This document shows positions 37,836 through 46,910 of a DNA stretch of 64,000 nt, in pieces. The position numbers were made by a program, and so were the translations under genes. The first letter of the stretch is position 1. The number at the start of each line of letters is the position of its first letter. The notes beneath the pieces were generated by a model. It ran no database searches. It saw only the letters and a list, made by a program, of their open reading frames with translations, and was not told the DNA's origin. The DNA comes from Candidatus Magasanikbacteria bacterium RIFCSPHIGHO2_01_FULL_33_34 (GTDB lineage Bacteria; Patescibacteriota; Patescibacteriia; Magasanikbacterales; UBA922), in assembly GCA_001782825.1 (NCBI GenBank), contig MFPS01000008.1:9012-73011 (forward strand), written 5' to 3'.

Positions 37836-38366
37836 TTAGATATTTATACTTTGTTTTGTACTTTTTTTGTTTTGATAGTATAGGACAGATTCTGTGGTTC
37901 CTACTAATATGAATGTATAGAAAATATCACCCATTAGACTATTTTTGAAGAAGGGAAGGGCCATATAGTAGGATTCAATTAATCCTGAAATTGAATGACT
38001 GTACATTGTACCAAAGATCCATACTGAGGCATTGGTTATAAGGAAGAATATTAGTGATCCCAATATTGTTGCTCCAGCAATTTTACCAAAGCTTTTGTTT
38101 TTTCTTGCAAGCAATCCTAGTAAGCCCATAATTACAAAACTGCCATAAACTGACAACATTATTTGCCAAGAGTAAAAGCCAATAAAAAAGTCGCTTATAA
38201 TAAGGGCGATCACTGGAATTATAATTGCATATTTTTTTGGGAAGTATAGTCCGCTAAAAATTGCAATAGCTCCAATTGGTACAAAATTGGCTGTATGTGG
38301 TAAGAATCTAAAGGTGATTCCAATAGCTAAAAGAAAGTATAAGATTATGTAGTTATTTTTGTTCAT
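37836..38366 (-). CDS. DUF6580-like putative vitamin transporter (ECF S-component-like)
   Basis: R.LPH.ANF.PIGAIA.F.G, ISD, FFLITN, Y.MALPF; last gene behind the B12 riboswitch. Confidence 0.75.
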   Translation of the reverse strand: MNKNNYIILYFLLAIGITFRFLPHTANFVPIGAIAIFSGLYFPKKYAIIIPVIALIISDFFIGFYSWQIMLSVYGSFVIMGLLGLLARKNKSFGKIAGATILGSLIFFLITNASVWIFGTMYSHSISGLIESYYMALPFFKNSLMGDIFYTFILVGTTESVLYYQNKKSTKQSINI

Positions 38367-38389
38367 ATGTATTTTGTTGGAAATTATAT

Positions 38390-38581
38390 GTAAGCTATAA
38401 TAGCATTATTTATATTTTTATCTATGACCGCATTATTTTCAATTATTTGTTTTTACTCCCTGCCTGCCGGCAGGCAGGATTCTCGCTTTGGCTCTGAGGG
38501 TGATGCATGTTGGGGCATCAAATCCGTAAAAACAAATAATTGAAAAAATGCTTAATTATAGATAATGCTCTTAATTTTTAC
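38390..38581 (+). mobile_element. MITE, long form, with perfect 9 bp TSD
   Basis: Ends GTAAG...TTTAC; AAATTATAT at 38381-38389 and 38582-38590; inner hairpin 38430-38551; palindrome 38459-38478. Confidence 0.9.
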
Positions 38582-38584
38582 AAA

Positions 38585-40951
38585 TTATATTATATTTTTA
38601 AGGAATTTTAAACCCATATATAGACCAAGTCCAATGGCTCCAGAACCGGTAACTGCTATGACTTTTTCTATTATATTACGAGAGATTGGATTGGCTTGAT
38701 TTATTATATCATCCTCCAAATATTTTAATTCAGATATTTCAGTGGTTTCTCCTATTGGTTCTATGGTTTCATTTGGTTTATTATTAACCAAGTTTAACAT
38801 AGTATTGGTATCAGTAACAAGTGTAATATTATTTTCTTTTGTTATTTCTTGTGTTGTCGAAGTTATTATCGTTTCTTTGGTTGTATTTTGAACAGTATCA
38901 ATTTTGGTTATTGGTAAATTTTTTTCAATATTTTCTTCAATTAATTCTACAAAAATAGTTGATGTGACAAGCACTTCGGTTGATGTAACAAAAAGAGATT
39001 CAGTTGTGGTGTTAAAGTCTGTACCAATTATATTGCTGTATGAGTTTGAACTACTACTATTGGTTATAGTTGTAGGTATCTGTTCATTTGCTGTAGCAGG
39101 CGTAAATAATGGCTGTATAGGCCAGCTATAACCTAGTAGGGCTGGAATTGCATGTTTTGTATTGAACCAATCAACACCATCTACCCAGTCAGATGTATAA
39201 TAGCCATTTTCTTGTAAATTATCAATATATACAGACCATGGATTTTTGTCACCGATTGTCCATTCTTCTTGACCTTCACCTAGAGAATTTAAGCCCATCA
39301 AAACCCAGCTAGTGGTCAAGGTATCAGAAGTCAGATAACCCCAGCCACCATCATTATTTTGTTCATTTTTTAAATATTGCTTGGCTTTTGTAAATACACT
39401 ATTATCAATTTGAATTCCTTTTTCTTTTGCATAGTTTAATATATTTATAACTGCGCCAGTTATGTCTGCTCCGGCATAACCATCCCATGTGAATGCTCCG
39501 TCTGTATTTTGATCTGCTAAAATATCATTTAGTATATCAGTAATAATGTTTTCATTGATATTATTTTCAGATGTAAGCAATGCAAACAAAGCAAATACAT
39601 CATCATTAATTCCAGGTAATCCAAAGTCAGTTTCAGAATAACATTCGGTTTTTAGCGTATTAATTAGATTTATCATTGATTGATTATTGGTAGAAATTCC
39701 AGACGTATATAATGACAAATAGTGTCTTGGGTATGAAGCACAAACATTTAAATCAGTGGCATCAGTATAATTATAGTTTTTAATGTAGTCAGACAAGGAA
39801 GTAGAACTGGCAATAATATTAGCTGGATTTTTTCCATTGGCTACTAATGCCATTACAGACCAATCAGAAATCCCAGCATCTATGATTTTTCCAGTTTTGT
39901 CTTGGTTTTTTATTAAGAATTCGGTTAATTTATTGGCTGTGTTTGTAATTTGATTAGGTGAAATTAAATTTGTATAAGGTGTATTATTATCTGAAGATCC
40001 ACTACTTGAAGATCCGTTTGATGAATTATTTTCAGTAGTAGTAGAAATGATCGGTAGATCAAGTACATTTATGGTTATAGCGTTACTCCATTTTGAAAAG
40101 TCTGCCGGGGATATTTTTGCATAGTATGTCCCAGTCGCCGAGAACATAAAATCAACTATGCCATTTGTATCAGATACAAGCGTTGTAGTAGTTAAGGTTG
40201 TATCCCACCATCCAGTTGGGTTGGGATTGGTAATTGATATATCTATTGTATCATTGGCATCAGTTGACCATTCACTACTAGTAGTAGAAAAGTTATATTT
40301 GAAAGTTTGGAAGGTTGTAGTGGTACCAATTGGAAAGGTAGAAGTGCTAGCGGTAATTGACCATGGGTTTCCAAAGTATACATAAACATTTTCACCTCCA
40401 AATAATTCATATTTGTCCATACCGATATTTGGATATTCACCGTCTACAGCATATTGCCAATTGTAACAAGCTTCAGTGCTTGAATTAACTTCAATACAAT
40501 TTATCAAAAAACTATTAAAAGATTCATAATATACTAAATTTGAAATATTGAATGAAGCATTGTTTTGATTTTCTGTAAGGAGTGTAGTCAAAACATTATG
40601 GTTTTGTGATGAAGTTGTAAATATTTCATTGGTATTTGAATCTGTATAATCAAATGTTGTACTTGATGATAATTCAACTTCGCCTTGAAATATAAAATTA
40701 TCTTGATATCGCAAATTAAAGTTAATTGAAATTGGTTCATAAATTTCTTCTGTGGTGGTTGGTGTTTCAATAATATCATCTGTAGAGGTTGAAACTTCTT
40801 GTTCGGTTGAGCTAGTAGTTTGTGGGGTACTTGTAGAAGTGTCGCTATCATCAATAGCCCCAAAAGCAGAATTAACTGGTATGGTTATTAGTATTGAGAT
40901 AAACAGTATATTTATAAACAGTATAGGTGTATTAAAGATTTGATTTTTCAT
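38585..40951 (-). CDS. Surface protein with DUF4430-like and prenyltransferase/squalene-oxidase-repeat domains (putative B12 binding)
   Basis: Signal peptide, WQYAVDGEYPNIGMD, QNTDGAF/QNNDGGWG repeats, Thr-rich stalk, C-terminal TM. Confidence 0.75.
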   Translation of the reverse strand: MKNQIFNTPILFINILFISILITIPVNSAFGAIDDSDTSTSTPQTTSSTEQEVSTSTDDIIETPTTTEEIYEPISINFNLRYQDNFIFQGEVELSSSTTFDYTDSNTNEIFTTSSQNHNVLTTLLTENQNNASFNISNLVYYESFNSFLINCIEVNSSTEACYNWQYAVDGEYPNIGMDKYELFGGENVYVYFGNPWSITASTSTFPIGTTTTFQTFKYNFSTTSSEWSTDANDTIDISITNPNPTGWWDTTLTTTTLVSDTNGIVDFMFSATGTYYAKISPADFSKWSNAITINVLDLPIISTTTENNSSNGSSSSGSSDNNTPYTNLISPNQITNTANKLTEFLIKNQDKTGKIIDAGISDWSVMALVANGKNPANIIASSTSLSDYIKNYNYTDATDLNVCASYPRHYLSLYTSGISTNNQSMINLINTLKTECYSETDFGLPGINDDVFALFALLTSENNINENIITDILNDILADQNTDGAFTWDGYAGADITGAVINILNYAKEKGIQIDNSVFTKAKQYLKNEQNNDGGWGYLTSDTLTTSWVLMGLNSLGEGQEEWTIGDKNPWSVYIDNLQENGYYTSDWVDGVDWFNTKHAIPALLGYSWPIQPLFTPATANEQIPTTITNSSSSNSYSNIIGTDFNTTTESLFVTSTEVLVTSTIFVELIEENIEKNLPITKIDTVQNTTKETIITSTTQEITKENNITLVTDTNTMLNLVNNKPNETIEPIGETTEISELKYLEDDIINQANPISRNIIEKVIAVTGSGAIGLGLYMGLKFLKNII

Positions 40952-41525
40952 ATTTCCATTCTATTAAATCGTTATTATTAATTATGTAATTAGATATGCC
41001 TATTTTTGCTGATTCTCCATTTATGTAGTATACCCAGTATTTACCAGCTCGATTATCATTTTCAATACCATTTAATTTTGTAATGAAATATCCGATATTA
41101 CTATAGTCTATTGCCTCAAATGTAATTAAGTTATTTTTAGAAAGTTTTTCCATTGCGTGGTATAAGCTAGTATTTTCTTGTGCTGATGATACATAAGTAT
41201 TGTTATCTATATTTAGAGTAAACTTAATTGGATATTCAATGGTTATTTTATCAGTTGTAGTTTCATTGAATGTGGTTTTATCAGTAGTAGTTACTATATT
41301 ATTTATATCTTCTATTATTTCAGAATTTTCAAATTTAATTTTTTCAACTTCATCTTCAATTTTTTCATTATTAATTATGGGGTTATTAGTAGTCGGTTTT
41401 TTATTCTCTATAAATATTTCTTTGTTTGAAGTTAACTGTAAATAGGTAATTCCAAAAATAGTTATGAATATTAAAATTATCATCAGAAATATTAAAGGTT
41501 TGTTTTTTTTGTAAAAATTATTCAT
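40932..41525 (-). CDS. DUF4430 (transcobalamin C-terminal-like) membrane-anchored protein
   Basis: GYFITKLNG.EN...KYWVYYING..AKIG...D.IEWKY; ATG at 41525. Confidence 0.85.
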   Translation of the reverse strand: MNNFYKKNKPLIFLMIILIFITIFGITYLQLTSNKEIFIENKKPTTNNPIINNEKIEDEVEKIKFENSEIIEDINNIVTTTDKTTFNETTTDKITIEYPIKFTLNIDNNTYVSSAQENTSLYHAMEKLSKNNLITFEAIDYSNIGYFITKLNGIENDNRAGKYWVYYINGESAKIGISNYIINNNDLIEWKYEKSNL

Positions 41526-41559
41526 AAAATTAAAAAACTTTCCGGCAGGAAAGATAAGT

Positions 41560-41682
41560 TGATCAAAAATCAAAGGTCCTGCTCGGGTTACGCATTTATT
41601 TGAAGATCGGACTCGTTCCCTAAAGGGACATTACCGTTGCGGCACAGTGAGGGGATTTACCCTACTTCCACAAATAAATGGT
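41560..41682 (-). ncRNA. Cobalamin riboswitch
   Basis: Minus strand: catttatttg GGAAGT aggg TAAA tcccc CACTGTGCCGCAACGGTAA ... GAGTCCGA ... caaataaatg, with closing stem 41593-41602/41671-41680. Confidence 0.88.
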
Positions 41683-41696
41683 TTAGTTGTATTGTC

Positions 41697-41725
41697 AGAT
41701 TATCATTGAATAGTAGTAGTGTCAA
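41697..41725 (-). promoter_or_regulatory. Promoter upstream of the cobalamin riboswitch
   Basis: TTGACA-17-TAATCT. Confidence 0.65.
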
Positions 41726-41728
41726 GTA

Positions 41729-41757
41729 TTGATTTTAAGCTAAAATTAGTGTATAGT
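41729..41757 (+). promoter_or_regulatory. Promoter for dusB
   Basis: TTGATT-17-TATAGT. Confidence 0.55.
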
Positions 41758-41784
41758 TTTGCCATATGTGGATAACTGAGTGAG

Positions 41785-41878
41785 ATTAATAGAAATTATT
41801 ATTCGCTCATTCTCGCTTTGGCTCCGAGGTGGTTGCCTGTTGTGGCAACCAAATCCGCTCGTAATAATTTCTATTAAT
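41785..41878 (+). repeat. Free hairpin-core element (no MITE arms, no 20 bp palindrome)
   Basis: attctcgctttggctccgagg...gcctgttgtggc...aaatccg core shared with the MITE cargo, closed by a different 17 bp stem attaatagaaattatta/taataatttctattaat. Confidence 0.85.
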
Positions 41879-41895
41879 GGTATTTTTGAAAAAGT

Positions 41896-42858
41896 ATGTG
41901 GATTGATAAAATTTTAAATAAAAACAAAAAAATAATGGCTTTGTCGCCAATGGCGGATATGACTGATTCGCCATTTTGTCGTATAGTGCGTCAAATTGGC
42001 GGAGTGGATATTGTGTTTCGAGAAATGGTGAGTAGTGAGGCTTTGGTTAGAGGAAGTGAAAAGACATTGAAAATGGCTGAATTTCACAAAACAGAAAGAC
42101 CAATTGTTCAGCAGATTTTTGGGGCAGACCCATTGATAATGGCTAGATCTGCAGATATCGTAATGCAACATTCTAATCCCGAAGGGATTGATATAAATAT
42201 GGGTTGTCCAGTTTATAAAATAACTAGTAATTTTAATGGTTGTGCTTTGATGAAGGACCCGGAGTTGGCTAGTAAGATTATAAAAGAAATGAAATCTGCA
42301 ATTGGTGATACGCCTTTGTCAGTTAAGATAAGGTTAGGTTGGAGTAATCCGGATGATTTTAAGATATTTATTCCGGCTATTGAGCGAGCTGGAGTTGATT
42401 TGATTACTGTTCATGGTAGAACAAAAGAACAAGGATATTCTGGAGTAAGTGATTGGCAGAGGATTGCAGAGGCCAAAAAAATTGCGACTGTGCCATTATT
42501 AGCCAATGGAGATATTCATGAACCTAGTCAGGTAAGTGAGGCGCTTGAAATTACTGGAGCTGATGGAGTTTTGATAGCTCGGGGCGCGCTTGGGAATCCT
42601 TGGTTTTTTGATATGATAGGAAAAAATGGTGAGATGGTCTCTTTAGATGAAAGAAAACGAGTAGTGCTAGAACATCTAAAATTGCATATTGAACATTATG
42701 GAGAACGGGGGATTGTAACTTTTAGAAAACATTTGTCTTGGTATTTCAAAACCAATAAAATAGGCCAGAATTTACCAAATATAAAAGAATGGAGATCAAA
42801 AATAGTACAAGTTAAAACTTTGGAAGAGGTGGAATCTCTGTTGGGTGAATTAAATTAA
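41896..42858 (+). CDS. dusB: tRNA-dihydrouridine synthase
   Basis: LSPMA, EMVS, IDINMGCP, SVKIRLG, VHGRT, ANGDI, ARGALGNPW. Confidence 0.95.
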   Translation: MWIDKILNKNKKIMALSPMADMTDSPFCRIVRQIGGVDIVFREMVSSEALVRGSEKTLKMAEFHKTERPIVQQIFGADPLIMARSADIVMQHSNPEGIDINMGCPVYKITSNFNGCALMKDPELASKIIKEMKSAIGDTPLSVKIRLGWSNPDDFKIFIPAIERAGVDLITVHGRTKEQGYSGVSDWQRIAEAKKIATVPLLANGDIHEPSQVSEALEITGADGVLIARGALGNPWFFDMIGKNGEMVSLDERKRVVLEHLKLHIEHYGERGIVTFRKHLSWYFKTNKIGQNLPNIKEWRSKIVQVKTLEEVESLLGELN

Positions 42859-43058
42859 AATGGAATAGTATAGTAGACTCATTTTAGATCTTTTTAATAT
42901 TTTTGTTTATATGAAGTGATATAAATATAAAATTATATATGAGACTGAAGCTTGACAAAATAGCTATTTTAAAATATATTAAAATAAGGTCAAATATGGC
43001 ATTTTGCTATATTGTAGATTTGTGAGCAAATTATAAAAAAAGAAAGAGAGAATTTATA

Positions 43059-43421
43059 ATGAGAAGAATGAGTGATGATAGTAGTCTACCTATGGAAATG
43101 GTTGTTGGTGGTCGTAAATACAAGATTTTAGGATTCTTATTTGAAGATGAAGAGTCTGTGCTCGGTAGAACAATGATTGAACGTGCTGTTAGTATGGATG
43201 CTAATCCTGGAGAAGAAGATGGACAACACATATTGGATAATTATAAGGATATTCCTTCTGTTTTACATAATACAATGTTTGTTATAACAGGTTGGCGTAA
43301 GCCTGGATCTGCCGATGATGTTGCTTGTCTTTGCTGGAAAGATAACATTCTGGTTCTTGCATGGCTTTGGATTGGTGGTGCGCATTGGTCCAGAGGCGAT
43401 CGTGTTTTGCGTCGTGAGTAG
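43059..43421 (+). CDS. Hypothetical protein (orphan cassette)
   Basis: 120 aa ORF with an upstream TTGACA box. Confidence 0.65.
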   Translation: MRRMSDDSSLPMEMVVGGRKYKILGFLFEDEESVLGRTMIERAVSMDANPGEEDGQHILDNYKDIPSVLHNTMFVITGWRKPGSADDVACLCWKDNILVLAWLWIGGAHWSRGDRVLRRE

Positions 43422-43561
43422 GTAATTATATTATCTTTGGTACATCTATTTTATTTTTTTAATCTTTTTTATTCTTGGTATTTGTTTGCCAAATTTGCTT
43501 ACTAACTCTTGTGTGTAAAATGCTTTTGAGCTTTTGACATATGAGGGTTTTTTTAATTATT

Positions 43562-45328
43562 TTACTCCCATTCAATAGTCCCTGGAGGTTTATTGGTTAT
43601 ATCAAAAAATACAAAATCAACTTTATCTATTATTTCAATTTCAGCTTGTATTTGTTTTATTACATTTTTTGGCAGTTTTGCAAAGTTTACTGTCATAGCT
43701 TCTTCTGATTCAACTGGTCGTATAACTATACTTTCTTTGTGATTGTATCCAAAAGGGATTAAAACTATTGGCATTTGCCAGATATGTGAACAATTTTTAT
43801 TGTTGTTAACAATTTTATTGATTTTATTATCAAGTTGACGTAACAGGCTGATTCTTTCTTTTGTTAGGTATGACTTTTTAAGTGTAGAATTTTTTATTTG
43901 CTCTTCATTTCCATAAATGGTTATTAAAACTCTATTTATATTTTTATATTTATTAGTTATTTTAGGAGATATTTTATGTAGTTTTTGCCAATTTATTTTT
44001 GTATTAGTTAAAACTAGAGGATGCTTGTAACTTCTTTCATCACCTTGTACGCCAACTGATTTTATAGGTAATTTTGTACCTTCAGATATAGTTATTGGTT
44101 TTTTATTGTTTCCTTCTGAACATAGACAACGAATTGCCAGACCAGGTCCAGGGAAAGGTTGTCTATTTATTAAATTTTTTGGAAGATTTAATTTTAATCC
44201 TATTTTTCTCACTTCGTCTTTGTATAATTCTTTGATTGGTTCAATAATCAAACCCTTTTGAATCATTTTTTGTATTCTATCAACTCGATTATGATGAGTT
44301 TTGATTTTATCAGAATTTTTTGTTCCACCGGATTCAATGGTATCTGGATAAATAGTACCTTGACCTAGTAACCAGTCTTTTTCATTAAAATTTAGTTTTT
44401 TCATTATTTTGTCAGTAATATCCAGAAAAAGATTTCCAATAATTTTTCTTTTTTCTTCTGGTTCATAAACTTTTTTTAAAGATTCAAAATATTCTTTTGA
44501 TGCGTTATATATATGCAAATCATCAAGACCAATATTTGTAAGAGCTTCTTTTACTTGTTCTGATTCGTTCAAGCGCATAAAACCATGATCAATATGAAAA
44601 CCATAAACTTTGTCTTTTCCTAAAGTTTTTTCAAGCAAAGTAAAACATATTGTTGAATCAACGCCACCACTAATTAAAAGAAAAATTTTTTTATTTTTTG
44701 CTTCTTTACGTATATTTTCTTGTATTTGTAGAAGCATATCATTTGTATTCCAGTTTTTTTCTGCATTACAAATATTCAAAACAAAATTTTCTAACATTGT
44801 TTTACCATCTATGCTGTGATTGACTTCTGGATGGAATTGAAAGCTATAGATATTTTTTTCTGATAAAGACATAGCTGTAATTGAATTATTTCCAGTTGTT
44901 CCAATTTGTTTGAAGTTTTTTGGTAATTTTTCAACATTGTCACCGTGGCTCATCCAAACCGTTGTTTGTTTTTTTATATTGTTAAATATTGGTGAGTCTG
45001 ATATTTTTAAAGATGCAATTCCGTATTCTCTTATTTTTCCAGATGAAATTTCACTTCCAAAATGTTGAGCAATTAATTGGTGGCCATAACATAATCCGAG
45101 AATTGGTTTATTTTGTTTAAAAATATTTGTATCGTATTCTAATTTTTCAGAAGAAGTAACACTTTTTGGTCCTCCTGATAAAATAATACCAACTGCATTG
45201 GTGAGTTTCTCAGCTTTTGTATCATTTGGGTATATGTGTGATATAACACCAATTTCTCGGATACGCCTAGCAATCAAATGGGTGTATTGTGATCCAAAAT
45301 CAAGTATAGCTATTTCATTATTTGACAT
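43562..45328 (-). CDS. guaA: GMP synthase (glutamine-hydrolysing)
   Basis: LDFGSQY, GLCYGHQ, QFHPEV, SGGVDS, PFPGPGL, KPPGTIEWE. Confidence 0.97.
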   Translation of the reverse strand: MSNNEIAILDFGSQYTHLIARRIREIGVISHIYPNDTKAEKLTNAVGIILSGGPKSVTSSEKLEYDTNIFKQNKPILGLCYGHQLIAQHFGSEISSGKIREYGIASLKISDSPIFNNIKKQTTVWMSHGDNVEKLPKNFKQIGTTGNNSITAMSLSEKNIYSFQFHPEVNHSIDGKTMLENFVLNICNAEKNWNTNDMLLQIQENIRKEAKNKKIFLLISGGVDSTICFTLLEKTLGKDKVYGFHIDHGFMRLNESEQVKEALTNIGLDDLHIYNASKEYFESLKKVYEPEEKRKIIGNLFLDITDKIMKKLNFNEKDWLLGQGTIYPDTIESGGTKNSDKIKTHHNRVDRIQKMIQKGLIIEPIKELYKDEVRKIGLKLNLPKNLINRQPFPGPGLAIRCLCSEGNNKKPITISEGTKLPIKSVGVQGDERSYKHPLVLTNTKINWQKLHKISPKITNKYKNINRVLITIYGNEEQIKNSTLKKSYLTKERISLLRQLDNKINKIVNNNKNCSHIWQMPIVLIPFGYNHKESIVIRPVESEEAMTVNFAKLPKNVIKQIQAEIEIIDKVDFVFFDITNKPPGTIEWE

Positions 45329-45405
45329 ATTGTGTAGTTAATAATCGTTCTTGAATATTATCAGAAAGTATGTTAAAGTTCAATTTATTTAGTATATTTA
45401 TTGGT

Positions 45406-46881
45406 ATGTTTAAACAATTTCAAGACACTTTTACATTTGATGATGTGTTGCTGGTACCACAAAAATCAGAGATTTTACCGAAGGATGTAAAAATTCATAC
45501 ATATTTGACTAGAGAGATAAAGCTCAATGCACCATTTTTGAGTGCGCCCATGGATACTGTGACAGAACATGAAATGGCAATTAAAATGGCTTTGGCAGGT
45601 GGTATAGGTATAATTCATAAGAATTTATCAATTGATGATCAGGTAGCAGAAATTAGGAAAGTAAAACGTTTTGAAAATGGATTTGTCAAAAATCCAATGA
45701 CTGCACACCCGAGTGATCCGATGAGTAAAATAATTCAAATAAGAAATAAATTTGGTTATAAAAAAGTACCAATTGTCGACAATGATGGTGTGTTGGTAGG
45801 ATTTATTTCTGATATTGATTATTTGATGTTGCCTGATAATGATGAACATAAAGTATTGGATTTTATGTTTCCAGTCCAAAAAATGAATGTTGGATATGAA
45901 GGAATGAGCTTGAAAGAGGCTTATCAGATGATTCAAAAATTTCGTTTACGTACTTTATGTATTGTTGATAAGAATAATAAATTGGTAAGTATAGTAACTC
46001 GTCGTGATTTGGAAAAAAGTTTATTATATCCAAATTCTTCAAAAGATAGTACTAAACAATTGCTTGTTGGTGGAGCAATAGGCGTGGGTATAAATGGTAT
46101 TGAACGGGCAGAAAATTTACTGAAAGCCGGAACTGATGTTTTAATTGTAGATACTGCGCATGGTCATTCTAGAGGTGTTATAGATACAGTGAAAGAAATT
46201 AAGAGAAAATGGTCAGGTGTACAAGTTATTGCTGGGAATATTGCATCTTCTGATGCTGCAAAAGATTTGATTGATGCTGGTGTAGATGCCTTGAAAGTTG
46301 GTATTGGGCCTGGTTCAATTTGCACAACTCGTATAGTTGCAGGCATAGGTGTACCACAATTATCTGCTATTATGGAGGTGGTCAAGGGTGTATATAATTC
46401 ACAAAGAAAAGTTCCAGTCATTGCTGATGGTGGAATCAAGTCATCTGGTGATGTTGTAAAAGCTCTGGCAGTTGGTGCTATGTCTGTGATGATGGGTAAT
46501 ATGTTTGCTGGCACAGATGAATCTCCTGGAAGAATAGAATATACCAATGGTAGAATGTATAAAGTTTATCGTGGAATGGGTAGTATTGATGCAATGGAAT
46601 TTGGTAGTAAAGATAGATATGGGCAGGCAGAAATTAAAGAAAAACAAAAATTTGTTCCAGAGGGTGTGAGTGGACGGGTGGCATACAAAGGATCAGTTTC
46701 TACTATTTTATATCAATTGGAAGGTGGTTTACGAAGTGGTTTTGGTTATAATGGAGCTCGTAATATTTCAGAATTACAAAAACGAGCTCATTTTGTAAAG
46801 ATAACGGGGTCAAGTTTGAAAGAAAGTCACCCTCATGATTTAAAAGAAGTTAGTAGTGCTCCAAATTATAGTATTGATTAA
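45406..46881 (+). CDS. guaB: IMP dehydrogenase
   Basis: TFDDVLLVP, MDTVTE, CBS pair, GIGPGSICTTR, YRGMGS; start 45406 (alternative 45370). Confidence 0.97.
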   Translation: MFKQFQDTFTFDDVLLVPQKSEILPKDVKIHTYLTREIKLNAPFLSAPMDTVTEHEMAIKMALAGGIGIIHKNLSIDDQVAEIRKVKRFENGFVKNPMTAHPSDPMSKIIQIRNKFGYKKVPIVDNDGVLVGFISDIDYLMLPDNDEHKVLDFMFPVQKMNVGYEGMSLKEAYQMIQKFRLRTLCIVDKNNKLVSIVTRRDLEKSLLYPNSSKDSTKQLLVGGAIGVGINGIERAENLLKAGTDVLIVDTAHGHSRGVIDTVKEIKRKWSGVQVIAGNIASSDAAKDLIDAGVDALKVGIGPGSICTTRIVAGIGVPQLSAIMEVVKGVYNSQRKVPVIADGGIKSSGDVVKALAVGAMSVMMGNMFAGTDESPGRIEYTNGRMYKVYRGMGSIDAMEFGSKDRYGQAEIKEKQKFVPEGVSGRVAYKGSVSTILYQLEGGLRSGFGYNGARNISELQKRAHFVKITGSSLKESHPHDLKEVSSAPNYSID

Positions 46882-46910
46882 TAAAATTATATTTTAAGTA
46901 TAAGGTAATT

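Noticed and set aside
41767-41775. TGTGGATAA, a perfect DnaA box
   Set aside because: Single box with no cluster and no dnaA nearby; not enough to call an origin.
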